This document shows, one piece after another, positions 45,148 through 53,190 of a stretch of 64,000 nucleotides of DNA. Source of the stretch: Syntrophales bacterium. Lineage in GTDB: Bacteria; Desulfobacterota; Syntrophia; Syntrophales; UBA2185. Location of the stretch: assembly GCA_049521775.1 (NCBI GenBank), contig JBEKOL010000016.1, positions 753-64,752 on the forward strand, written 5' to 3'. Position 1 is the first letter of the stretch, and every line of letters starts with the position of its first letter. The position numbers and the translations under genes are program-made. A model generated the notes under the pieces. The model worked only from the letters and a program-made list of their open reading frames with translations. It searched no databases and had not been told where the DNA came from.

Positions 45148-46266
45148 TCATAACATATCGACGAATGTTTCAAACCGCGTGCGCAACTGGCCTTCCGAGG
45201 GGAGCTGGTCCTCCACTTCAAACATCATGCTCGGGATTCCTTCTCTATCGAGGAATTCCTTCATGTAGGGATAATCAAAGGCATGGGGGTCGCAGAACTT
45301 GAGGAAAAAGAAGACGACACCGCCGGCGCCTTTTTCTTTCGCAATTCTTAAGAGATTTTCACCCCTGGTGAATATCCCGGCATGCTTTGCGGGGCATACG
45401 GGCCTGTTCATATAACGTCCGGCTATAGCGGCGATGGGATCTGCGTTATCTTTTACCGATTCCTCAAAATATCTTGAGCCGGTGCAGAAATCATCCCAGA
45501 CGACGGCCGCGCCGGCTTCTTCAATGATCCGGTAGATATCGGGGTGGTTGCAGACGCCTCCGGCCAGGACTATACGTTTGCCTGCATATAATTCTGCATT
45601 CCCCTTCTTCTTTTCCAGTTCCTCGATAACTGCAGGAAGGGCCTCCGTAAGATGGTCCCGGTCCATCATCATGGAAGCCTTAACAATGGCATAGAGATCG
45701 CTGCCGCTGATGATTCCGGGGTTTTCGGCTTTCAGTTCGTACAGCCTCTTGAGAGAACCCCTGATGGTGTTGAAGGTCTTAATGGCGTTCTTCAACTTGT
45801 CGTCGGTGATCTGCACGCGCAGGTGCGAGGCAAGGTCATTCCCGAATTTTTTCAGGATGTCGATCATGTATGCCCTGGCGCTTTCTGTATCCAGCTTCAC
45901 AGGCAGCACCACGTCAACGTGAAAAGGTCCTTTCACATTCATACGCCAGATATCGGAGAGCCGCTGGATAGAATCGCAGGTGTGTGGGAAAACGGCCCCA
46001 TCGAGGAAATCAAGATTGCCCGCAAGGGCCCCTTCGAGGGCTCCCCGCACCAGAGAGCAGCAGTAGGATTGGAAATGGGCGTCGGCAAAGTGAATATTTC
46101 CCCCTGTAGCGAAAATCCTGAAAGGATGCGCTCCCGCGGCGTATATGATTTCTTCCGGTGTATAGGAACAGAAGTATCCAACGATCTTCCGTCCTTGTTC
46201 CTTCATTTTCCTGCCGTATGATCCCGGATCTTTCAAAATCTCGTAAAATTCATCACATTGCTTCAT
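45148..46266 (-). CDS. 2-hydroxyacyl-CoA dehydratase / HgdB family subunit
   Basis: 372 aa. GRKIVGYFCSYTPEEIIYAAG is the HgdB-type N-terminus. The SD is AAGGGGA. Confidence 0.8.
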   Translation of the reverse strand: MKQCDEFYEILKDPGSYGRKMKEQGRKIVGYFCSYTPEEIIYAAGAHPFRIFATGGNIHFADAHFQSYCCSLVRGALEGALAGNLDFLDGAVFPHTCDSIQRLSDIWRMNVKGPFHVDVVLPVKLDTESARAYMIDILKKFGNDLASHLRVQITDDKLKNAIKTFNTIRGSLKRLYELKAENPGIISGSDLYAIVKASMMMDRDHLTEALPAVIEELEKKKGNAELYAGKRIVLAGGVCNHPDIYRIIEEAGAAVVWDDFCTGSRYFEESVKDNADPIAAIAGRYMNRPVCPAKHAGIFTRGENLLRIAKEKGAGGVVFFFLKFCDPHAFDYPYMKEFLDREGIPSMMFEVEDQLPSEGQLRTRFETFVDML

Positions 46267-46283
46267 TCACGGATCCCCTTGTT

Positions 46284-48002
46284 TCACTCTCCCGCATATT
46301 TTCCTGAACGCTTTAGAGTTGCGATCTCTTCCTCTTCTAGAACCTTATAGGCGATTTTGCCGACAATGGTCCTAGGCAGGGTCTTGCGGAATTCAATCTC
46401 ACGCGGGCAGCTCCACTTGATGAGATGCTCCCGGCAATGATCAATGAGCGCGTTCTCCATCTCCATGCCCGCCTTTCCCGGGTCCTTCAGAACCACGAAG
46501 CCCTTTACGCGCTGCACCTGGGCTTCGTCGGGAACACCGATGATGCATGCCCCTTCTACCTCGGGATGCAGGCACAGGATGTCTTCCACCTGGGCGGGGT
46601 AGACGTTCATGCCGGAAGATTTGATCATCCGTTTCTGTCTGACCTTGAAATAAAAGAATCCGTCCTCATCCATGGTGCCTATATCGCCGGTGTGAAGCCA
46701 TAACTTTCCATCGGGGTGCCTCTTCAGTGTCTGCGCCGTTTCTTCCGGGTTATCAAGATACCCGAGCATGACCGCAGGGCCATGGATGCATATCTCGCCT
46801 TCTTCCCCTGCATCGGCTTCTTCCAGTGTTTCGGCTCTCACGATCTTGGCGAGCATATCCGGGAAAGGGACTCCGATGCTTCCTTCCCGGTAGTGGTCAA
46901 AGGGAGTAACCATGATGGCCGTCACCGCTTCCGTAAGGCCGTATCCTTCGAGCAACTGGCATGTTCCCCCCTGTTGTTTAACGATCTTCTCAAAGCGCTC
47001 CTTGACAGTTCGCGGAAGAGAGTCGGCGCCGCTGAAGGTGGCTCTGAGACAGCCGAGATCGGTCTTCTGGAAACCGGGATTCCTGCTCAGGGCATCAAAA
47101 AGTGTGGGCACTCCGATCACGAAAGTGGGACGCCTCTTCTTGATCAGTTTGGCAACAGTGTCCGGCGTAAACTGGGGAACGAGGAGGCTCCTGGCGCCGC
47201 CCATGAAGCAGGCGTTCACACAAACGCCGAGGCCGAAGCCATGAAAGATAGGGAGGATTGCGAGGATGGTATCCTTTTCTGAGAGGCCTCCGGTAACAGA
47301 GACCTGCATACCTTCGCTGATAAAGTTCATGTTGGAAAGCATGATTCCTTTGGGGATGCCCGTTGTTCCGCCGCTGAAGAGGATTACTGCCATCTCATCC
47401 GTATCCATCCGGGCCTTTGCAGCCTTTGGGTAGGGGCCTTTCATAAGGTCCACCCACCACTTCACCATGGGGTCTTTGGGTACCGGCGGTATCTTCCTTC
47501 CCTTCGTAAGCTTGAAGCCGATCTTTTTTATTCCCTTGAGATAATCGGGTATACGGGTCAAAAGCAAAATTTCGAGTGGTGTTCTGTCTTTGACCTCCCT
47601 GAATTTGCCGTAGAATGCGTCTAGGGTGAGGGCAAAGCGGCTCTTGCTCGAATTTAGATAGAACTCGATCTCCTTTGCCGTGGAGAGAGGATGAATCATG
47701 GCCGCTACGGAGCCGAGTTTGTTCGCTGCATAAAAGCAGATGATCCCTTGCGGTGTCGTAGGCATGGCGATGGTAATCCTATCTCCCTTCTTCATGCCGA
47801 ATGAGGCCAGTGCATCAGCACACCGGTCGATGTGGTGGCCGAACTGCTTGTAAGTTGAGGAATACCCGAAAAAATCATAAGCGGTGGCCTCCGGACAACG
47901 TTCCACGGTCTTCATGACCGCTTCATACATTGTTACTCGCGGGTAACTTATGGATTCCGGAATGTGGCCGTAAAATTTCAGCCAGGGTTTCTTTTCGTAC
48001 AT
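46284..48002 (-). CDS. AMP-forming acyl-CoA synthetase/ligase (ANL superfamily)
   Basis: FSGGTTGIPKGIMLSN (P-loop-like A3 motif), GYGLTE, and TGDIG...DEDGFFYF...R.KRMIK are present. I prefer the ATG at 48002 (MYEKKPWLKFY). Confidence 0.88.
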   Translation of the reverse strand: MYEKKPWLKFYGHIPESISYPRVTMYEAVMKTVERCPEATAYDFFGYSSTYKQFGHHIDRCADALASFGMKKGDRITIAMPTTPQGIICFYAANKLGSVAAMIHPLSTAKEIEFYLNSSKSRFALTLDAFYGKFREVKDRTPLEILLLTRIPDYLKGIKKIGFKLTKGRKIPPVPKDPMVKWWVDLMKGPYPKAAKARMDTDEMAVILFSGGTTGIPKGIMLSNMNFISEGMQVSVTGGLSEKDTILAILPIFHGFGLGVCVNACFMGGARSLLVPQFTPDTVAKLIKKRRPTFVIGVPTLFDALSRNPGFQKTDLGCLRATFSGADSLPRTVKERFEKIVKQQGGTCQLLEGYGLTEAVTAIMVTPFDHYREGSIGVPFPDMLAKIVRAETLEEADAGEEGEICIHGPAVMLGYLDNPEETAQTLKRHPDGKLWLHTGDIGTMDEDGFFYFKVRQKRMIKSSGMNVYPAQVEDILCLHPEVEGACIIGVPDEAQVQRVKGFVVLKDPGKAGMEMENALIDHCREHLIKWSCPREIEFRKTLPRTIVGKIAYKVLEEEEIATLKRSGKYAGE

Positions 48003-48203
48003 GCCACGAATTCTCTCTTTCGAATAGGTGTGTGCTGTAGCCGTGGGAGACAATAATGCAGAAGACAAAAAAATGTCAATGAAAAAGGCTCTATAAAATT
48101 ATGGCGCAGCGTTCAGTCCTTCAATCAATGGTTGCCGATCTGATAGCTCCAAAACGAATTTCTCGACCTCGCGATCGAAGGACGGTATTGCCTGGATGGA
48201 GAG

Positions 48204-48332
48204 TTATCTTTTGCGATGATCACATTCTTCGGCCATGACGACATCGAACCTTTTGGATTTCAGGTCCTCCGGGGAGATGATGATAGGACAACCGACATTG
48301 GGACTCAGGATGCGAGGCAGCTCTTGATTCAT
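48204..48332 (-). CDS. Candidate small ORF (42 aa) upstream of the ligase operon
   Basis: Below the track cutoff. The sequence is MNQELPRILSPNVGCPIIISPEDLKSKRFDVVMAEECDHRKR. A strong SD, GGGAGGAAG, lies 5 nt upstream of the ATG. Confidence 0.3.
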   Translation of the reverse strand: MNQELPRILSPNVGCPIIISPEDLKSKRFDVVMAEECDHRKR

Positions 48333-48745
48333 CTTACTTCCTCCCTTGAGTCATCAGATTAAATCAACGAAGGACTCTCCTGACAGTCACATGATCTGCA
48401 ACATATCTGCAAATTCAGGGGCAGGTGCAAAGTGACGAAGGAGTACAGTACAACTTGATTTTTCTATACAAGGATTCTTCTCAAATTAAATAATTGATAT
48501 TCGATCCTTGCAATTTCATAGGTACGAAGATCTCATGATGAATTTAGATAGCGCCATTCCTGATGCTGCACAGGGCACGCATTATTGCTATCTTCCAATT
48601 TCTCATTTCATTCAATGTCGTTGAATGTTTCTTTAAATACTTCCCTCTTTTCAGGGTCCCAATGCCCCATCTCAAGATCTCGGCAGTTCGAGATACACTT
48701 GTATAATAAGCACGTTACAGAGAATTACACAGAATCTCATGAAAC

Positions 48746-48760
48746 TGGCACGGATATTTC
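48746..48760 (+). promoter_or_regulatory. Sigma-54-like -24/-12 element
   Basis: TGGCAC-ggata-TTTC compared with the consensus TGGCAC-N5-TTGC. It lies 46 nt upstream of the ATG at 48807. The -12 GC is imperfect. Confidence 0.3.
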
Positions 48761-48806
48761 ATTTATATAATAGCAGATAGATTAGAAACAGAGGAGGAAA
48801 CGGATC

Positions 48807-49082
48807 ATGAAAAAGATAGTTAAGACATTAGGCCTGGCGGTATTTGTGGTATTGATGACCGCAACATTCGGCTTTGCCGAGTATGCAACAGCCAGTGTGA
48901 GCGAGTTCCCGTATTTTCAGCTTGGATGTCTGATTATTGGCGGGATGATGGTCATCTCCCTGAAGCAAAAATATCCGAGGTTCTATGCGGGTGAGCTGAT
49001 GGGCGTGTTCACGATGTATACGCTTCTTGTTGCCCTGTTTACCGCACCGGTTTTCAATGCGATTAAGAACCTGGTAGGCTGA
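48807..49082 (+). CDS. Small membrane protein (91 aa)
   Basis: The SD is GAGGAGGAA. It has a signal-like helix and two TM helices. Confidence 0.55.
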   Translation: MKKIVKTLGLAVFVVLMTATFGFAEYATASVSEFPYFQLGCLIIGGMMVISLKQKYPRFYAGELMGVFTMYTLLVALFTAPVFNAIKNLVG

Positions 49083-49150
49083 GGAGACCAGCGAACATCA
49101 CATTCATAACAGTATGTTGATCAACCCTGGAGGGAAAGGAGGTTAAGGCC

Positions 49151-49387
49151 ATGTTAATGACGCACAAGGCACACCAAGACCGCAAGATGTACAGCGCGAT
49201 TTTCATGCTGAGTTCCTGGGGGTTTGTCATCGTGATTGCCTCATTCCTCTTCCTCTATGCGGGTCACAAACTGGACGAGTTTTTGGGCACGTCTCCCAAC
49301 TTTATGTTCGGGTTATTTTTCCTGGCCATATTTGCCTGTATCGGCAGGTTATATCAGGATGCCTGGTTGAAGCGAAAGGATGTCTGA
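49151..49387 (+). CDS. AtpZ/AtpI-like small membrane protein
   Basis: AGHKLDEFLGTSPNFMFGLFFLAIFACIGRLY resembles the G.WLD..LGTSPW..L.G...G motif of ATP-synthase gene-1 (AtpZ/AtpR) proteins. The SD is AAGGAGG. No atp operon is nearby. Confidence 0.5.
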   Translation: MLMTHKAHQDRKMYSAIFMLSSWGFVIVIASFLFLYAGHKLDEFLGTSPNFMFGLFFLAIFACIGRLYQDAWLKRKDV

Positions 49388-49446
49388 GATCATCCTTCCC
49401 ATGCGGAAAACATAAAAGATATTTTCACGATCTGTGATCCTCGCCA

Positions 49447-49485
49447 AAGCCCCTCTGCTCAGCTTCGCAAAGGGGCTTATTTTAT
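49447..49485. terminator. Rho-independent terminator between convergent genes
   Basis: AAGCCCCT, a 16-nt loop, then AGGGGCTT followed by ATTTTAT. Confidence 0.6.
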
Positions 49486-49525
49486 GGTTCGGGATTATGA
49501 AGAATAAACGGGGGATAGATTAGGT

Positions 49526-52045
49526 TCATAATCTATCAAGTTCATTTCTCACGGCCAAACCGATCCTTTCCAGCACATAGGGTTTCTTAACATAGGCGCC
49601 AGCTCCCAACTCCTGGGCCTTCTTGACCCGATCCGTTTCGGCAAATCCGCTCACAATGAGGGCCTTCTGCTTCAGGTTGATTTTGGCAACCCGTTGATAT
49701 GTCTCCAGACCATCAATACCGGGGTCCATTATCATGTCCAGGACCATAAGATCAACGCGGTGCGTCCTGAGGTATTCGATAGCCTCTTCCCCACTTGCAA
49801 CAGCGTTGACATCATAGCCGAGCCTCGTTAGCATGTTCGTGGCCAATTCCCTTTGCTCCTTCACATCGTCCACAACCAAAATCGACTCTCCCCTGCCGGC
49901 GTATGATTCAGTCAATACCGCCTTTTGATCATTGACCATGTCCTCTCTGGTAACCGGGAAGTAGAGCGTGAAGGTGCTTCCCTTTCCTTCCTCGCTGCAG
50001 ACGTCAATATAGCCGTCATGGTCTTTCACCGTTCCCCAAACCACAGCCAATCCTAATCCGGTTCCACTTCTTCCCATAACCTTTTTCGTGTAGAATGGCT
50101 CGAAAATACGCTTCAAATCGACAGCCGGTATGCCTTCTCCTGTGTCGGACACGGAAAGAACAACGTAGTCACCCTCTCTGACAGCATCATAGCCTTGGAT
50201 GGGTTTTTCCAGGTACTGATTGTTCGTCGCAATAGTCACCGTACCTCCCTTCGGCATGGCCTCGGCAGCATTGGAAACGAGGTTCATTACAGTCTTCTCG
50301 AGATGAATAGGGGAGCCCATTATATTCAACAAGTCCGCCTCCACGCTGGTCTTCACCTGAACATTTGGATGAAATGAAGATATCTTCATAAACTCGGGAG
50401 ATTTTTGAAAATTAATCACTATGTTGTTTAGATTGATAACCTTGCCGGTGTGGACTCCCCTTCGTGCCAGAGTCAGCAAATCTTGAACTATGGCAGCAGC
50501 CTTCTCGCCACTAGTCATGATATTAACGACATGGGGTCTTATAGCGCTTGATTCGTCGATCCTCTCCAGCAGCAGCTCTGAATAACCAACTACGACGCCC
50601 AGCACATTGTTGAGATCGTGTGCGACTCCGCCCGCCAATGTGCCTAATGCTTCCATTTTCTCCGCTCGCTGCAAGCGCTCCTCCAGCACCCTTCGCTCCT
50701 GTTCGGCTTGCCTGCGCTCAGTAATGTTGAACAATGTGGAGCGGCTCATGATATAACGACCTTTATCATCTTTAATGGCCGTTGCATACAATAGCACGGG
50801 TAATCTGGTGCCATCCTTGCGGATGAGTTCGAACTCAAGATTATCCATCCATCCTCGCTCCTTGAGAACAGGAAAGGTCTCACGGAAAACGTCCAGAGAC
50901 TCAGGGGGCAACAGTTCACTCCATTTCATCTTTCCGATAACTTCTTCCCGGGTATAGCCCAGCCACCGGAGCTCCGTGTCATTCATCTGCAGGAAGGTGC
51001 CGTCCGGTCCCAGAGAATGATAGCCACAGGGGGCGTTGTTATAGAGATCGCTGATTTCTTCAGAATATTTTCTTAACTCATCTTCTGCCCGCGTGCGTAT
51101 TGCCACCTCCTGGCGTAATTCCTCGTTTGCCTGTCCCAACTCCGCGGTACGCTGATCAACGCGCTTTTCGAGGGACGCATGTGAGGCGCGCAGTTGTTCG
51201 AGCAGCTTGTTGAAGGCAGAACCAAGCATGCTTATTTCGTCGTTGCCCGTGACCTTCACCGGTGTCATCCATGGACTCTCGGTGTGCGAAGCAATGTCCT
51301 GAAAATGTCCGGAGATTGCCGCCAGACGCCTCGTAACCAAGAATTTGAAAACGACTATGATCAATCCAAAGAGGAGGGCAAGGCCTGCAACCAAAATGAG
51401 TGTCTGGTGACGCATCTCGGAGGCGAGGGCCGCATTCACCTTCTCGATGGGAACTGCGACCATATCAAGTCCTGCCACGTCTCCCACCTTCCGGTAGAAA
51501 CTTGCTTTCGATCCATACCGCTTCACAAGGTCCGCCGGAGCGTCTTTAGGGTTGCCATGGCAGCGCATGCATTCGTCCTTCAAGAATCTGGGTGTGAAAT
51601 GAACCAGGTAAAGTCGGCCGTTAATCTCGACCTTGTCGGTTCGTCTCTTGAATTGTGGATTCGCGCGGAAGTAATTGATCATCTTCAGTTCTTCCGTGTC
51701 GGCCAAATTGGAAGGGTTACGTGGGTTTTCGGACGAGAAGCGGATGATGTAATCGGGGAATTTCTTTCTGACCTCCTCAAATATGTGCCTCGAAATATAG
51801 GAGGTGGACATTGTCTCGGGGTCGAATCCATTCCTTCCAACCAATCGCTCCATGTTGGGGCGGATCTTCTGTGCCACATAGTTGCGAATCGCCAGATCAA
51901 ATTCCAGAGCCAGGTCAGCCTGCTGGTTAACGAGTTCATTGGCGTGTCTCCGGCTTGCGTCGTATGTCTGATAGAGAATAAACACGGAAAACAGGACTGC
52001 GAGCAATCCAAAAGGCAGAAGGAAACGCGTGCCCAGACTTTTCAT
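49526..52045 (-). CDS. Hybrid sensor histidine kinase/response regulator with periplasmic heme-c (DUF3365-like) sensor domain
   Basis: A TM helix and an extracytoplasmic domain with CMRCH (CxxCH) are followed by a second TM helix, HAMP, a coiled coil, PAS, HisKA (GGVAHDLNN), HATPase (DTGEGI, GTGLGL) and a C-terminal REC domain (VVDD...LDMIMP). Confidence 0.88.
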   Translation of the reverse strand: MKSLGTRFLLPFGLLAVLFSVFILYQTYDASRRHANELVNQQADLALEFDLAIRNYVAQKIRPNMERLVGRNGFDPETMSTSYISRHIFEEVRKKFPDYIIRFSSENPRNPSNLADTEELKMINYFRANPQFKRRTDKVEINGRLYLVHFTPRFLKDECMRCHGNPKDAPADLVKRYGSKASFYRKVGDVAGLDMVAVPIEKVNAALASEMRHQTLILVAGLALLFGLIIVVFKFLVTRRLAAISGHFQDIASHTESPWMTPVKVTGNDEISMLGSAFNKLLEQLRASHASLEKRVDQRTAELGQANEELRQEVAIRTRAEDELRKYSEEISDLYNNAPCGYHSLGPDGTFLQMNDTELRWLGYTREEVIGKMKWSELLPPESLDVFRETFPVLKERGWMDNLEFELIRKDGTRLPVLLYATAIKDDKGRYIMSRSTLFNITERRQAEQERRVLEERLQRAEKMEALGTLAGGVAHDLNNVLGVVVGYSELLLERIDESSAIRPHVVNIMTSGEKAAAIVQDLLTLARRGVHTGKVINLNNIVINFQKSPEFMKISSFHPNVQVKTSVEADLLNIMGSPIHLEKTVMNLVSNAAEAMPKGGTVTIATNNQYLEKPIQGYDAVREGDYVVLSVSDTGEGIPAVDLKRIFEPFYTKKVMGRSGTGLGLAVVWGTVKDHDGYIDVCSEEGKGSTFTLYFPVTREDMVNDQKAVLTESYAGRGESILVVDDVKEQRELATNMLTRLGYDVNAVASGEEAIEYLRTHRVDLMVLDMIMDPGIDGLETYQRVAKINLKQKALIVSGFAETDRVKKAQELGAGAYVKKPYVLERIGLAVRNELDRL

Positions 52046-52164
52046 CGCTTTTCTCCAAGGTGTTCAGATATTCCCGGTGTTCCCGGCAAGGAATGGGTGG
52101 TGCGAGTATAAAGAGAAGCCGATAGTATGTCAAGTAAAGCCGACCGCAGTGTTGCCCTTTCCTC

Positions 52165-52193
52165 TTGACGCACAACCGACTTTTTCCTACAAT
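52165..52193 (+). promoter_or_regulatory. Candidate sigma-70 promoter of the aldo/keto reductase gene
   Basis: TTGACG, 17 nt, then TACAAT. Confidence 0.5.
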
Positions 52194-52240
52194 TTCTCGT
52201 CAAGGGAGCAGCTTTTTCATCAACACGACTCGGTGCCCAT

Positions 52241-53071
52241 ATGATCCCGAAACGAAAACTCGGCAAAACCAACGTGGATGTGACCATCCTGGGCCTTGGT
52301 GGCGAGGGTGTCCTTCGGACATACGGCCACGAACGAGAGGCTTATGAGCTGATCAACCGGGCCATTGATCTCGGGATTAATTACTTTGATTCGGCCAAGG
52401 CCTATGCAGGATGTGAATCATACCATGGAAAGGCGTTGAAAGAGCGGAGGAAAAACATCTTCCTTGCGGGCAAGTCCCACGCTCGCGACTGGAAAGGGGC
52501 TTATGCACATCTCCGCGATACCCTAAAGACCATGAACACCGACCATCTTGACCTCTGGCAGATGCATGACATGAGAACCCAAGAAGACATTGAAGAAGTC
52601 ACCTCGCCGCGTGGCGCACTGGAGGCGTTTGCAGAGGCGAAGGAAAAGGGTCTTGTGCGTTTCATCGGTGTCACCGGCCATGAAAATCCATCGATCCTAA
52701 GGCGCTGTATTGAGCTCGCCGACTTCGATACAGTACTTATGCCCGTCAATCCCGCAGAACCGCAATATCTAAATTTTATCGACGACCTCATGCCGTTTGC
52801 CCAGCAAAAGAACATGGGGATTATTGCAATGAAGGTCTATATCAGAGGAATGGCGTCAAGAATTCCCGGAATCGGTGCGATAGGGCCCTTCTACCGGTTT
52901 GCTCTGTCTCATCCCGTGACAACGGCGATCATCGGGTGCGATAATATCGCACAGCTTGAAGAAAATGTGAGGTGCGCCTGGTCATTTACTCCGATGAAAG
53001 ACCAGGAGATGGGCCATCTCAGTGAACTTGTCGCTCCCTACGCCCGCCCGCTCATGTATTATAAGCCATAA
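52241..53071 (+). CDS. Aldo/keto reductase
   Basis: LGKTNVDVTILGLGG, INYFDSAKAYAG and DLWQMHD are AKR signatures. Confidence 0.85.
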   Translation: MIPKRKLGKTNVDVTILGLGGEGVLRTYGHEREAYELINRAIDLGINYFDSAKAYAGCESYHGKALKERRKNIFLAGKSHARDWKGAYAHLRDTLKTMNTDHLDLWQMHDMRTQEDIEEVTSPRGALEAFAEAKEKGLVRFIGVTGHENPSILRRCIELADFDTVLMPVNPAEPQYLNFIDDLMPFAQQKNMGIIAMKVYIRGMASRIPGIGAIGPFYRFALSHPVTTAIIGCDNIAQLEENVRCAWSFTPMKDQEMGHLSELVAPYARPLMYYKP

Positions 53072-53190
53072 ATACAGTCTCCGCCCTCTTCACTACACGC
53101 GCATATAAAAGAATAAAAGAAGACCGTAAAGCTTGCTTCGTTGCTTTGCTGTTGTTTATGCAATTGCGGGAATACTCTGTTGGCCAAGCA

